Of a DNA stretch of 64,000 nt, positions 37,116 through 50,825 are shown in pieces (the stretch's first letter is position 1; each line of letters begins with the position of its first letter). The stretch is taken from the NCBI GenBank assembly GCA_010909165.1, contig MU008186.1:186001-250000 (forward strand). Reading direction: 5' to 3'. The notes beneath the pieces are model-generated. The model was given only the letters and a program-made list of their open reading frames with translations, was not told the DNA's origin and made no database searches. The position numbers and the translations under genes were made by a program. This DNA is from Anthoceros angustus (taxonomy: Eukaryota > Plantae > Anthocerotophyta).

Positions 37116-40100
37116 TCAAGTTTGAACAAAATTTTCCTTCATATTTACCACCCGTGATAGTGGATCGGACCTGTCAGTGTCAGATGTTTTACTGGATTTG
37201 GACGAGGCAGTGCAATCTTCCAAAGAATCATCCATGTCAACGTCAACAGTTGGGCACGCCTGTGCAGAGTGCAAACCGTCTGTTTCCTCCACAATTCGCA
37301 ACTCAACACGAAAGCCATCAAGAGAGTCGGAATTTCTATCCTGTAAACCATGCTTTGTCCCGTCAACATACTCCAAGTTGCTAGCCATTTTAGTAGTATT
37401 AGAAGGCAATTGATGCAACGGCTCAGGCACAGTAGCACTCGCAGCGTCTAGCTTTTCCAAATCAGTTGGGATTGCGTCATACTGACCATGTGTGGCTTCC
37501 ACCAGATTAGATAAGCCCCCCATTAACAGACGTGTTCCCCTAAAGCCTTCCTCGACACCGGTAGGCTGCGAGAACTCCATGTCTGGTAATTCCTCTGCGC
37601 AAGTGTAAATTCATTAGAACCCAGAACGACCACACAACTTTCATGGCTTGTACTCCTTGGAATTAAGACCACTACCTGCAATATCCAGGTTTTCATACTC
37701 GCCAGTGTCCATAACCCACAAATGTGACCCATCTAGTATGTTGACGTCTGCCAGTGTAGCAGATTCTTTTGTCAGCTCCTCTTTCCCAAAATGTAATCGT
37801 TGATTCTTTTTCGCAACCTTCTCACATAAAACAGGGACACAAACTCAGGACACCGTACCCAGCCGACCACCTCCAATCCAAACTGAGCATCACACTTTGC
37901 AGCCTCATTCCTCAGAACCGAAAACCAGATGGCTTACCGAAAGTGCTTCCCAGATTTGGAGCTTCAGTTGGTAGATGGTGGTCTCAGACGAAACAGTTAG
38001 AGAAACTCGCCCGCTGGTGCTTGCAGACCCACGCCTTGGACGCTTAGATGTCCGCCGATCTAATTCGGGCCCAGGACCTGATGCAGCAAGGACTGACGGT
38101 GGAGGTTCTTTCCCTCTCACAAGATCTACAGTTATGGTCCCATGTGAATAATTCAACTTGCTCATAAGCTCTCGGCTCTCAATATCTTCAGCGCACAACC
38201 TACAGACCTGTCAAATAGCCATGACCAGAACTCAGATTGCAACAACCGTAAAATATACCTGAAAAAATGCAGGTAGGAAACAAACCTCTGGATTGGTGAC
38301 CAAGATGGGGACAACTGGAGATTGCCGGTACTCCACATCATCGAGATCCATTTTTGCAGCACAGCTTTCTGGATCACCAATGGGAACCATTGTTTCAGAC
38401 TTGGTAGACTTGCTTCCATTTCGCTCGATGGACCCACTAGCATCTTCCTCCAACGGATTTGTTTCTAAAACAGTTGCCTTGATACCCCTATCAGGATCTA
38501 CAAACCACTCTTGTTGCAGATAATGCCAATCAGCCTCTGTTACAACAGTGAAGCTCTCCTCCTGTAGACAAGCAGGCACAGATTTTTAAGTGCATGGCCC
38601 AACAAAGAACGAGAGTTCCAGAATCAGGAAAGAAAATAACTGGTAACTAATGGAGACCACTCATACATTAGAAGTCCGCTGCACAAGTTCCCCTTTCCGT
38701 GTTCTACATAAGAGGGGTGGCTTGTGAATCAGACGGTCATGCTGCAAGACACACCAGAATAGAAATTAGCAATGAAGTACAAAACCTAATATCGAATGTG
38801 AGGACACTTAACAGCCAAAAAGAACATCACCATAGGGCATATGAGAGACAAAATCATGGCTTCTAGTCCATTCGGCTCATCAACTGTCAACACATTCTTG
38901 CCACTTGCTCCCAGATAGGTCCGCCACTGGAGTATCCAATTCGTTGGCACGAGATAATATGTCACACCAGGCACTAAAACTGGACTCTTTCCCATGTAGA
39001 GTGCATCATGCTTTTGCCTTTGCTCGAGTTTGTTTGCCCTGATAAGTTACAAGCGGACACAACCTTCAGAAGCAGACACAACCCAGCTACAACACCAGCA
39101 AGTACCAGCATAGACATGACCCAACTCTCCAGATGTGGACCCAACACCTGTGCACATACACACCTCAGGCCTTCCTGCTTCGAAGCCACCAGTTTTCTCT
39201 GTACGTCGCAGACAGGACAAGTGTCGGAATCTCTTTCAAATGCCTGATAGCCACAAGGATCTGCTCCTTCAACGAGTGCAGCAGTTTGACGAAAGTATTG
39301 CCAAAGAACCTCTGGCACCACCTGGCGCTTTGCACCTGGTGCATCTTCAGGTAACAGTTGGCCATGTTGACATCTCAGAGCAGCTGTAGGGGTGGCATCT
39401 GCCTCGATTGGGGCATCTGTCGGCTTACGTCGGTGCCACTGCAGAAACCTGCACCAGCACCCAGACTTGGTTATGACTGAAAGGACACAAGTAGAAAAGC
39501 CTTGTGTAGCAAAAACTATGTCACCCACCAAGGTCTTGAGACATAATACTGATCGCCATCACCCATATGGCCCCGACATACAGCATCTGCTAGTTCCCGC
39601 ATTGCAGCTCTTTGATCTCGAAAGCTATCTGCATACGCTGATAGTTTTGCTTCCTCAAATATACACGATGCACAGAAGTCTTTACTTGAAAGTGCAGGAC
39701 CTCCACCATACTGGGTAAAACAGCAAAAGACAACATTGAGAAACTAAACATGACAAGATTCACTGAGTTGAGTGGTCTATTGACAACTGCAAGGTTCAGA
39801 GGACTTTTTTCACATAGCATAAATCGTACGTTCAGTCTGGATCCACACTTCACTCCACCGAAACAAACAGCAGATGCAGCAGGCAAGCACATGAAGATTA
39901 TGCAGAAGTCCCTCTGTTGTTTTAGTCAAAGAAGCAACTCCTTCGAAAAGATCCATGGGCGACATACCCCCTGGTTCTGTTGGCAACTATTCGCAGAGTT
40001 CCTGACTCGATAAATGCATCATCTTCTGGATTGAAATCCAGTAAGGCAGTGAGAACTGAAGGCTTTACAAGGACCACAACTACAGCAGGCAAGAAGAACA

Positions 40101-42677
40101 TGATGTGAATCACACACCTTACTTTCTAAAAGCTTCCACGCCATCACAGAGAGACGCTTCATGAATGGCAGCTTCTTTGGCGGCACCTTCTCATGATGAC
40201 AAAGAAGTTGATGATTATCAATAGGGGATCTGCAACCATTTCCAGCAATTGCTTAAATCCAGAATCCTCACTGTTGTCAGGGTTCAAACGAATCTGACAA
40301 ATGTGTTGCATCTCTCAGCTTGACGCACAGCAACAAATAAAGACAATGCAAGTTGCACACCCTCAGAGTCCTAGATTTACAAGCACTGCACAAGTACAGC
40401 ATTCCCAACTGTCAGGGAGCAAGGTAGTATAGTAAAATCTCAGACAAGGGTCTGATTTCTCTACTTACGGTGGTTGCAAGTTGTCTGCCCAGTTCCGGAG
40501 CCAGTCAGCTGAAATCCAGTAAAACAGCATTTCTTGTTCTCTAACCTGCACCTCAGCAAGTGTGTCCCTCACTTCCCCCTTGCGCTTGGCGATTTCATGC
40601 ATAACATACTCCTTCTTCAGATTGTACTCCTCACAAGCTCTACAGAATTCTTCATTTATTTGATCCACTTCACGTTGTAACTGCTCTGGCAAGGATTCCA
40701 GAACTGCACCATGGCTGTTGCTCGCCTGATCTACACTACTGTACATAAGCATGTATGCATCAGCCGACGTGAGCACATCTTGATCCACTGAGGATGCATT
40801 CCCCTCCCCAGGGCCGTCCAAATTCCTTGATGACCTCTCTCCATCTTTCCCTTCCATGTCTCTTTTCCGAGCCATTCCAGTTGGCACCTCTCCAAGTGGG
40901 TGGTATCCCAGACTTGTGACGTCTTCGTCATCTAGCTGCCACCATTGTCCGGTGCACTCGTCTTTCACATGTGCAACATAGTGGCCACTGTTTGCCATAT
41001 TTCCCCTGTGCACCAGAATTGCAGACAGCGTGTAGAAAGACCGTCTTCTTCCAGCTCCATAGCCACCAAACCCCGAAGCACAGATTCGAGGTGCCATGTC
41101 TAAAGTCCTTGGAAAGCTGAACTTGGAAGTCACCTTCTTCTTTGTTGTCGTCTGCGACACAGTTCAGTTGCGACCCTGTCAGACTCAGGACACCATGATC
41201 TGAAACCCAGCACTGCGCCCACTGCAAGAGGAAGGCTTGATACAAAACCTTAGAGTTGAAAACAAATCTCTTCAGATGGAAATTTAGCACAGGTGGCAGA
41301 GACCGTAGTTGTGTGTAGTGAGTGGCATCAACACGGACTTTGCAAAGCTCACACACGTATTGATTTTCTCCTTGCAGCTTCTCCTCACTGAAATAATCCT
41401 CCATGCTCTCCTCCAAGCTAGAAAATCCCTTTACATTCAACTCCAGCTCATAGAAATCCACCAACTGCTTAGAGGCATCAGAGTCCTGTCGGCACCTTGC
41501 ACACCTGCAAGCACGACAGGCGCAGAGCGCAAGTCAGGGAACAATATTTCTTACCAGCTGAAAGCAATCTGGAGAACATATCAAGCAGCTTATGGAAGCC
41601 AACGGTGGCAGCCCGGCTCTGCTAGCAGCAGCAGCTTACTTGGTGACATATGAGAACGTCCCCCGAAATACATTTTGAACCACGTTCTGTGCATGTCGAC
41701 TTCTGGACTGGCTAAGAACTCTTTCCAGCAGGGAAAGCAGCAACTTCATGAACTCTTGGCCATCCTGTTGGATAGCATTGTCGAGCTCCAAGGTACTAGC
41801 AAATGCAGCAGAGTCCACGGCATTTCTCTTCCCACTGTGAAGCAGTGCAAAAAGCCGGCAAAGCTGATGCAACACAGGTTGCCGTTCAACCAGTTCAGCC
41901 TCAGCTGACAACACGCCATACCGAAATGCCCGGTTCATGTACAGACATTGCAAGACGCTATTCACATAACAGGTCGCTCCCAAATTTGTCAAACCCGAAG
42001 GAGAGTTACCATCCGGCCGCATCCTCTCACCGGGGTCAGGGCCAAGATCTGCCACCATCTCGCTAGCCTTTTGCCAAAGACCTTGCTTGCGCACGCCGCT
42101 GCTAGGGACTAACCCGCAGAAGCAATTTGGCGAGTCTTTCGAATTCGTCCTACAACCACTACAGTAAGGCTTGTCCAGATTGTACAGCTGGCAGATATCA
42201 TCCTGACCAATTTCCTTCGACCGATCGATCTTCCTGTTGCCAAGCACCCCAAAACAAAATCATCACCATCCAGCAGTCACCCGGGTTCTCCGGATTCAGC
42301 AAACAACCAGCTGGACTCTTCAGAAATACAGCATACTAACAGAAAAAAGCCCCTCCCATCCAAACCCACAGCCAAATTCCGGCATTCTAATGCCGAACCC
42401 CCCGCTTCCAAGCCACAGACCGTTCTTACACGCATTCCCACCCTCAATCTCTCCTCTGGTCTCAACAGCCCGGAACCCCATGCAGTCTGAGCCCGACTTA
42501 GGGTTGCCTGAAGGCCGTGACACCACTCCCCCAGTCCCCCGAGCAAGCAGCAGGCAGCACACCCACAGACCTGCAGACTTGCGTACACGGAGATTATCAC
42601 CTGAGGGTCTCCTGCACCGGATCGCACCGTTGTTTCTTCCCATTCTGCCGGGTATTGGGGCCGTCCGAGTACCTCAT
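37116..42677 (-). CDS. UBP26: Ubiquitin-specific protease 26 (USP48-like), multi-exon
   Basis: Exon 1 (42677-42601) [13 protein letters not shown]; PNCFCGLVP; Cys box [19 protein letters not shown]; QQDGQEF; His box [15 protein letters not shown]; DUSP-like [12 protein letters not shown]; C-terminal [13 protein letters not shown]. Confidence 0.92.
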
Positions 42678-43384
42678 GGCGGCCTGCTCATTCACAGGGC
42701 TCCACTTGCTCTCATGTCCAGCAGAACTCGCGTGCTGATGCGAGCAGCAGCAGCTATATCTGCTCCCCTTCACTTCACTCGACGCATCGCTTGCTGGAGC
42801 CTGAATTGAAGGACCATGGCGTCGCGCATGCCAAGTCCTCAGCCTACTACACCTTCAGCTCCTGCATACACTCTAGGCCTCCCGCAAAGACAGCTAGATG
42901 GGTTCTAAAACGATTCACACCTTCCCGTTACAAGAGTTCGTCTATATATAGAATTATAATATCCATCACATTTCTATTCGTCTCTAATACGGTATACCTA
43001 TCTTTTAAATATTATATAATGATCATCGAGCAGACTCTTTTTTCAAATATTCATCATGAAAATTCTTTTGAACTAAGTATTATAAGATAAAATTTTATAT
43101 TAAATAAATTATTTTACCATACACTTATATTATTTTTATTAATATTTAAATATTATGCTGTAATAATTGAGTAGTGTGCTCTACAGTCGCCCATTGCACC
43201 TGTCATGTCGAAACCTGGATATAGAAAGGCCGACCTACTAATGGATTATTAAAAAAATGTCACCACGAGAAAAAGATGAAAAACTATTTGTTTGAAACTT
43301 GCTATGTTGCACAACTTCGTAGGTGACTTTGGACATGAAACATAGCTACACCCTCTTACTTTGCACCCTCCTACTTTGATGTGG

Positions 43385-43660
43385 GAAGTCTTCCATAACC
43401 TATCCGGATGCAGATGCGGGTGCGGGTGCGGATGCGGGTGCGGGTGCGGATGCGGGTGCGGATGCGGATGCGGGTGCGGATGCGGGTGCGGATGCGGTGC
43501 GGTGCGGCGATGTGTGGTGCGGTGCGTGCGATATGCGGGTGCGTGCGATGTGGAGCGGCGGTGCGGTTTGCGGAGCGGTGCGATATGCGGAGCGGTGCAA
43601 TGTGGTGTGTGGAGCAGTGCGGTGCGGTTTGCGGAGCGGTGCGGTGCAGTGCGGTGTGCG
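43385..43660. repeat. GCGGAT/GCGGGT hexamer microsatellite decaying into GCGGT-rich repeats
   Basis: Directly visible. Confidence 0.9.
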
Positions 43661-43805
43661 ATGGGGCATGTGCCAGGATTCAGGGTTTGTTTTGTGGTGG
43701 CCTAGGTGGCTCTAGAGCATGGGGCGTTGGGGTTGATATTGCGGTGAGCATGGGGTGGAGGAGGTCGCGGTGAGGACATGATTTAGGGTTTTTGGTACGG
43801 CGGCT

Positions 43806-44455
43806 GTGGTGGGTGGTGTGGAGGAGGTCGCGGTTATTTTTATTTTTGAGGTCATGGCTTCTATTGTCGCTAGGTGTAAAACAGTGAAATATGTAGACAA
43901 CAAGGTATCAATATTGGAGACTAAATTACATGATATTGACGACAAATATGAAGACAGCAGGGTATCTATAATGGAGATTAGAGTAATATTGAGGCGAAGA
44001 ATATTTTCTTCAGGGAAAAATATGAGTCTCTTTTGGCTAAGCACCAATCTTTGGCATGGGACTCGGAAGACGAGGGGGGTGAGGAGGGCTAGGAGGATGA
44101 AGAAGATAAGTTCAATTCCGTAATGGATGATCTTATAGATAAGAGATTTAATAGTCATGATGTTATCATTAGAAAATTGCAACATGATCTTGAATCGGCA
44201 AGCTCATGGGCTAAAGATTTTGAGGCGTCTTTCCAGGTCAAGTTTGATTCATTGCTTTTGCAAGTCAATGCCTTGCAAACTCTTGTTCCTTGTGTAAGTT
44301 GCTTATCGAAGGCAGATCTGGTACCTAGTTTGGAAGCCTACAAGAAGATTATTCTCGAGCTTATTCATGCACAGAGGGAAGAAATGCACAGTTATATGGC
44401 CAAAAAGTTGCAAGATTTGGATGATTAGGTTGGAAGACTCTCGGAAACGTTGGTG
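43806..44455 (+). pseudogene. Degenerate coiled-coil ORF of unknown (probably TE) origin
   Basis: Two overlapping ORFs (KVSILETKLHDIDDKYEDSR; IRKLQHDLESASSWAKDFEASFQVKFDSLLLQVNALQ) with heptad character; no family recognised. Confidence 0.3.
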
Positions 44456-46355
44456 GAGCAAGGGTTATAAAATGAAGTTTTTTCACGGACCATGGTGGAG
44501 AAAGCCATAAATTTGGAAAATCATTTCACTTCAACGGAACAAGTTTACCTACATATTTGGAGAAGCTTACTGGTAAAAACCTCATGGAGATTAATGATCC
44601 CCCTGCTCCTTCTTGTTTTGGTGGCAACACAGTATCGAAAGTTGTTTCTGAAACATGCTATTTAGTGAAGGGGGTGATTATTCAGCATGAGGGTTTTCTA
44701 CTTTTTATCTGCAAAAGGGGGTTTTTGATGGGTGTTGAATCCGATGTTCACCGCTTATGTTCGAAAAGATGATCGAAAGTTGTTTCAAACATGCTATTTA
44801 GTGAAGGGGGTGATTATTCAGCATGAGGGTTTTCTACTTTTTATCTGCAAAAGGGGGTTTTTGATGGGTGTTGAATCCGATGTTCACCGCTTATGTTCGA
44901 AAAGATGGTCAGAAAGAAGGGTGAACAACTATACTAGACAGTGCTTGCCGGTGCGTGACATGTGGAGTGAGGTTTCTAGTTTACACCTATGCCGACTTTA
45001 GAGCCCATTTACAGCCCAAAATTGAGGGCCATGACTGCCGGTGAAGATGAGTACATTTGACGATGCCACCACAAACAATCAGAAAAACATGGTCCAACCA
45101 ATGTCATAAATCTCCTATTTCAAGTTTCCCCAGAGAACCCTTCCAAACATGGTGGTGGTATGGGTCATACCAATCCCATCGACATGGAATTCATGGAATT
45201 CGTGGTTTTGTTTTGTGGTGGTGCTATGGGTCATCTAACAAAACATCAATCCCGGAAAGTGGCATGTCATCTCCTATCCCTTGGTAGGTTGGAGGAATCG
45301 ATTTTGAGACAAGAGGGCTTGGATGTGTCACCAACCATCCGACATGATCTTGAATCGGCAAGCTCATGGGCTAAAGATTTTGAGGCGTCTTTCGGTCAAG
45401 TTTGATTCATTGCTTTTTGCAAGTCAATGCCTTGCAAACTCTTGTTCCTTGTGTAAGTTGCTTATCGAAGGATCGGTACCTAGTTTGGAAGCCTACAAGA
45501 AGATTATTCTCGAGCTTATTCATGCACGGAGGGAAGAAATGCAGTTATATGGCCAAAAAGTTGCAAGATTTGGATGATTAGGTTGGAAGACTCTCGGAAG
45601 CGTTGGTGGAGCAAGGGTTATAAAATGAAGTTTTTCACGGACCATGGTGGAGAAAGCCATAAATTTGGAAAATCATTTCACTTCAACGGAACAAGTTTAC
45701 CTACATATTTGGAGAAGCTTCTTGGTAAAACCTCATGGAGATTAATGATCCCCTCCTTCTTGTTTTGGTGGCAACACGATCGAAGTTGTTTAAAACATGC
45801 TATTTAGTGAAGGGGTGATTATTCAAGCATGAGGGTTTTCTACTTTTTATGCAAAGGGGTTTTGATGGGTGTTGAATCCTGTTCACCGCTTATGTTCGAA
45901 AAGATGGTCAGAAAGAAGGGTGAACAACTATACTAGACAGTGCTTGCCGGTGCGTGACATGTGGAGTGAGGTTTCTAGTTTACACCTATGCCGACTTTAG
46001 AGCCCATTTACAGCCCAAAATTGAGGGCCATGACTGCCGGTGAAGATGAGTACATTTGACGATGCCACCACAAACAATCAGAAAAACATGGTCCAACCAA
46101 TGTCATAAATCTCCTATTTCAAGTTTCCCCACAGAGAACCCTTCCAAACATGGTGGTGGTGCTATGGGTCATACCAATCCCATCTGCCAGACATGACATT
46201 CATGGAATTCGTGGTTTTGTTTTGTGGTGGCGGCCGGCGCCCTACATCACAATGCCGAGAAAGTGACATGTCATCTCCTATCCCTTGGTGGGTTGTAGGA
46301 ATCGATTTTTGAGACAAGAGGGCTGCTGGATGTGTGTCACCAACCCTCTGACATG
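44182..46355. repeat. About 1.0-1.16-kb tandem duplication with a nested about 140-bp duplication (about 44630-44900)
   Basis: acatgatcttgaatcggcaagctcatgggctaaag at 44182 and 45342; both copies end near ggatgtgtcaccaacc. Confidence 0.9.
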
Positions 46356-46712
46356 ATGCTATGTATAGTCATGTGACTAGCAGTGATCAAATACATGAAA
46401 GTGCTGGGTATGGATGCATTATTAGTGACTGGTATTGTGCAAGCCCTAAATGTGCACATGCTCTAAATGTGCAAATAGCGCGGCAAAAGGGTGTCCCCTG
46501 AACTGCGCTAGTGATTTAGTACTAAAACCGTTGAGTGTTTGGAGCAGGGGAGTTTCCAACGGCTAACATCTTGTAGAATATATGTCGTTTCAAACTTTCC
46601 CCATGGACAATGCACTACAATGAACGTATCGAATGTGTCTTGCGGGTTTTCCCTTCTCAAAACATAAAATGTGGCTACGGCCTATGCGCACTTTTAACAT
46701 TCGAAGTGCATT

Positions 46713-48390
46713 CTACTCTCCTTCTGAATTCACGCCGTCATCTTCGTTGGGTACGGCATCATCACCGTCATCTTCACTGTCCTCTGCGGCACTTTGACTT
46801 GCTGGTTGTATGAAGCCCCGCAATTCATTCAGCTTGTCCTTGATCACCTTCTTGTCTATCGCATATAGATGTTTCCGAGAATTCAAGGTGAAACCATAAT
46901 ATAAGATGATGGTTTTGTACATACTTCCGAATATTTTTAGGTTCAACCTTGACCCCTTTTCCGGTTTGTTGCTTGGTACGCATCCCCGAATTATATATTC
47001 TTCTACGCACCTACCCTCAAACGCATCTGTGTGCACTGTTCAGTACCAGTGAACAAGAAAGTGAGGCTGCGGGTCATCTAACAAAACATCAGTCACCTTC
47101 CCAATCCAAAATGGTCTGTTGTGCGTGTCCCTGTCGGCTGGAACTGCAAGGAACATGCCCTTCTTTATTTCCAAAACATCACCATTCAATCGTGTCATCC
47201 CCTCCTGTTGCCTTCCCAAGTTTTGGTATGGTCCCAAATATATATCTCGTTGTGGAAGGTCCCTCAACAACGCCTCCTGTAATAAAGATTCATCAGGAAG
47301 GCGCAGAGGTTGGACTGTTACTTCTACTTCGGACCTCGAATACCACTTCCAAGGTTGCTGAAGGACGAGCCCAATGTTGTTCTGAACAATAACAGCAATC
47401 TTGTCACATACGGCCTAAGGGCCGAAAGACCTTCCATCAAATGAGCCACACCATCGGTAGGTGATAAGCCTGCCAACTTTCCTTTTCTATCCCTTGACCG
47501 GAGGGCGGTCAATGGAGCTGCCGTTATCGTGTCCAAAGGCACGAATTTTAAAAACTCCAACCCGGCTTCTGTCTCCCAATGGGCTGATGTGGAATACTGC
47601 TTGCCTCTAATGACAGTATCAAACCCACGGTCACCTTTGGCTTCTCTCATAATTTTGAATTGGTGCTAGTAAGACAGGTTGTTTAATTTTTTGACCGCCG
47701 CCTTGTATGCGTGTCCACCCTGCCCTTGCCTGATTGGCCAAACATATGACCGGAAGTCCGGAACTTCAGTCAATATCTTCACCTCTGGCTGAGGAGTGTA
47801 CGCACTAATCAAAATCTCTGACAATGCAAGAAGAGTGTGAGCTTCCTTGTGTTTTAAGCTTTTTGAGTAGCATGAAAACATTTGGTCGATTTGATCATGT
47901 GTATGCCCCACCAACAAAAACCCCACTTTCACCTTTTCAAACGTCCCCATGTCCACGAGCATGTTGAGATAGGCAAAAAGCAGTTGATTCTTGTTCTCTC
48001 TGCAGGTGTTGTCCAATTGCAAATATAACACTTTCGGCAATACTCCTTCGTAGTTATGTATAACATCCTGGATGATGGTAATCGTAAGATTGGCATCATT
48101 CCGCAAGTTCGCATAATGCAAGTAAGCTCTTGCCTTAAAGGTGTAATTGTGGATCATGCACCCAACCACATGAACCTGAATACGACACTCCTCATCCAAG
48201 TTCTTTGGCCATCGAAGTAGATGAGGAATCTACATCTTCTTGGTCCATTCCATCGATTAAGAGTAGAAGGTACATATGTGGTTCTACATAACTCTTGCTC
48301 CTGTGTTTCGCCATCTTCAACCGCTCCTTGTGTAACCGCAAACGATGGGCATCTAAAGCCGCTTGATATTTTTCTCTGCTTTAAAACATG
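46713..48390 (-). pseudogene. Sola1-like DDD/E transposase exon 2 (catalytic domain and acidic tail)
   Basis: EKYQAALDAHRLRLHKERLKMAKHRSKS; LLIDGMDQ; 177-aa open stretch with LYLQLDNTCRENKNQLLF (48008-48019) and GFLLVGHTHDQIDQMFS (47879-47908); tail EDDGDDAVPNEDD. Clear homolog of 5760-7440. Confidence 0.85.
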
Positions 48391-49958
48391 CACACTCGTC
48401 AGTTACATATGAAGAGACATGCAATTACATATAAAGGATCCTCCTATGTTGGGACACTACATCTGCCAGCGTCCCGCCATAATACCAACGCAGAGGAACC
48501 TCAAGTTCCTCAGGCGCATTTTCGTGGCCGTGGCGATCTGCGTCCACCACAACCCATGCCTTTGGCTTTTGGTCTAGGAAGGCGCCGGGCCGGCGCCTAC
48601 CACATGGATAAATTGAAGGTGACCCCGGGTTCTTCGCCATGTGGGCGTTGGCCATTCTTTGTCCCCACGAAGGAACCTAAAGGTTCCGCCTGACTTGTTG
48701 TGGTGGTGGGGGCGGCGGCCCGGCCCCACCTCGGGGATCCTTAACGTTCTGTTATAGGGTTCTTGGCCTTGGGGGCGCTGGCCGTGGCGTCTCACCACAT
48801 GTTAGCCACAACATCTTGGGCATATTCCCGGACTAAGGCAACGCCGCAAGTCCGAACTTCACCAATATCTTCACCTCCGAGGAGGTACGACTAATCAAAA
48901 TCTCGACAATGCAAGAAGAGTGTGAGCTTCCTTGTGTTTTAAGCTTTTGAGTAGCATGAAAACATTTGGTCGATTTGATCATGTGTATGCCCCACCAACA
49001 AAACCCCACTTTCACCTTTTCAAACGTCCCCATGTCCACGAGCATGTTGAGATAGGCAAAAGCTTGATTCTTGTTCTCTCGCAGTGTTGTCCAATTGCAA
49101 ATATAACACTTTCGCAATACTCCTTCAGAAGTAACATCCTCGGATGATGGTAATCGTAAGATTGGCATCATTCCGCAAGTTCGCATAATGCAAGTAAGCT
49201 CTTGCCTTAAAGGTGTAATTGTGGATCATGCACCCAACCACATGAACCTGAATACGACACTCCTCATCCAAGTTCTTTGGCCATCGAAGTAGATGAGGAA
49301 TCTCTGTCTTCTTCTGGTCCATTCCATCGATTAAGAGTAGAAGGTACATATGTGGTTCTACATAACTCTTGCTCCTGTGTTTCGCCATCTTCAACCGCTC
49401 CTTGTGTAACCGCAAACGATGGGCATCTAAAGCCGCTTGATATTTTTCTGTTTCAGAAAACATGCACACTCGTCAGTTACATATGAAGAGACATGCAATT
49501 ACATATAAAGGATCCTCCTATGTTGGGACACTACACTGCCTGACCGACGTCCCGCCCCATACCAACGCAGGAGGAACCCTCAAGTTCCCTGTTTCGGGCC
49601 CGCTGGGCCCTCTGCGTCACCACAACCCATGCCTTTGGCTTTTGGTCTAGGAAGGGCGCCAGCCGGCCGGCGCCCTACCACATGGATAAATTGAAGGGTG
49701 ACCCCCGGGGTTCTTCGCCATGTGGGGCGTTGGCCATTTGCTGTCCCACAACAGAAGGAACCTAAAGGTTCCGCCCTTGACTTGTTGTGGTGGTGGGGCG
49801 CTGGCCGGCCGACGTCCCACCTCAGGGGGATCCTTAACGTTCTGTTATAGGGTTCTTGGCCTTGGGGGGCGCTGACCGGCCGGCGTCTCACCACATGTTA
49901 GCCACCGCCAACATCTTCCGGGCATATTCCCGGACTAAGGCAACGCTGTCGCAAGTCC
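47756..49958. repeat. About 1.1-kb tandem duplication covering part of transposase exon 2 and its intron
   Basis: gaacttca..aatatcttcacctc at about 47760 and about 48855; both copies end at ggactaaggcaacg; junction microhomology aagtcc. Confidence 0.9.
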
Positions 49959-50388
49959 AGACAGCATGGAAGATATCTAGGTGCCAGTCCTCCACTAGCT
50001 CCTCCGCCTCCTCCAGCCAAGGTCCGAAATCCGGATAGCGTTTCGTGACAATGTTCCGTTCCACCAAGCGCCAAGGTTCCCAAACCTCCGCCGCCTTCTT
50101 TGGCCCCATTGCTGTGCGCCTTGCTCTGCTGTTGGGGCTTGAGGCTGAGCAATTCTCCTTCCTCCCTTCGCCGCGTCGAATACTTTGCTCGGGGAGGTGA
50201 GCCTCTCGGAATTGCGCTCGGACGCTTGAAAAGACAGCGTCAGAGAGTAGGGTGTCTGAGCGCGAGAGACTGCGAAAACCGCCGCGACGTCGCTCAAGAG
50301 AATGACCTTGGCTCGGGGCTAGAGCGTCGGGAGTAACCGAAGCGTGGAAGGCGTCCCTTCGCTGCCCGTAACTGTCAGAGTCCTGCAT
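49560..50388 (-). other. Unidentified ORF remnant lying within the transposase intron
   Basis: MGPKKAAEVWEPWRLVERNIVTKRYPDFGPWLEEAEELVEDWHLDIFHAVWTCDSVALVREYARKML looks protein-like; absent from the copy 1 intron; family not recognised. Confidence 0.35.
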
Positions 50389-50609
50389 TGCTTACACTAG
50401 CTTTACGCTGCCGCCGCCGCTTGCGTACTCTAGCCTTACTCTATGCCAGAGCGTACCCGGAGCGTGGTTACCTGCCCATAACGGCCACTGGCAACCCTAC
50501 GGTCCTAGCCCGCTGCATGCCTGTCCGTCTCTCAGCACCGTCCACGTGGCGCCCCTTGCCAAAATACGCTCCCCGTTCCAAAGTTACCTTTCCTGGCGTA
50601 CTTATCGCA

Positions 50610-50755
50610 ACTTACTCCGGAGTGCAGTCCGGACTTACCACGGTTTCCTCCGAAGTGCGGTCCATATCCGCTCCAGAGTGCGGTCCGTAACCGCTCCGGA
50701 GTGCAGTCCGGAGTCTCTCTACCTACTCCGGAGTGCAGCCCGGAGTTACTCCGGC
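50610..50755. repeat. Short tandem subrepeats with core ctccggagtgc[ag]gtcc (about 5-6 copies)
   Basis: Directly visible upstream of the 49888-50388 ORF. Confidence 0.8.
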
Positions 50756-50825
50756 TTTAATTCTCCCTTTTCGCCTTATTTTCCACTCCACACTTACGAA
50801 AAAAGCATAACCTAGCTTATTACCT

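Noticed and set aside
7450-46700. The two transposon copies acting as ends of a composite element carrying five host genes
   Set aside because: The copies are highly diverged and degenerate, and no shared TIR or TSD was found; chance flanking is more likely.
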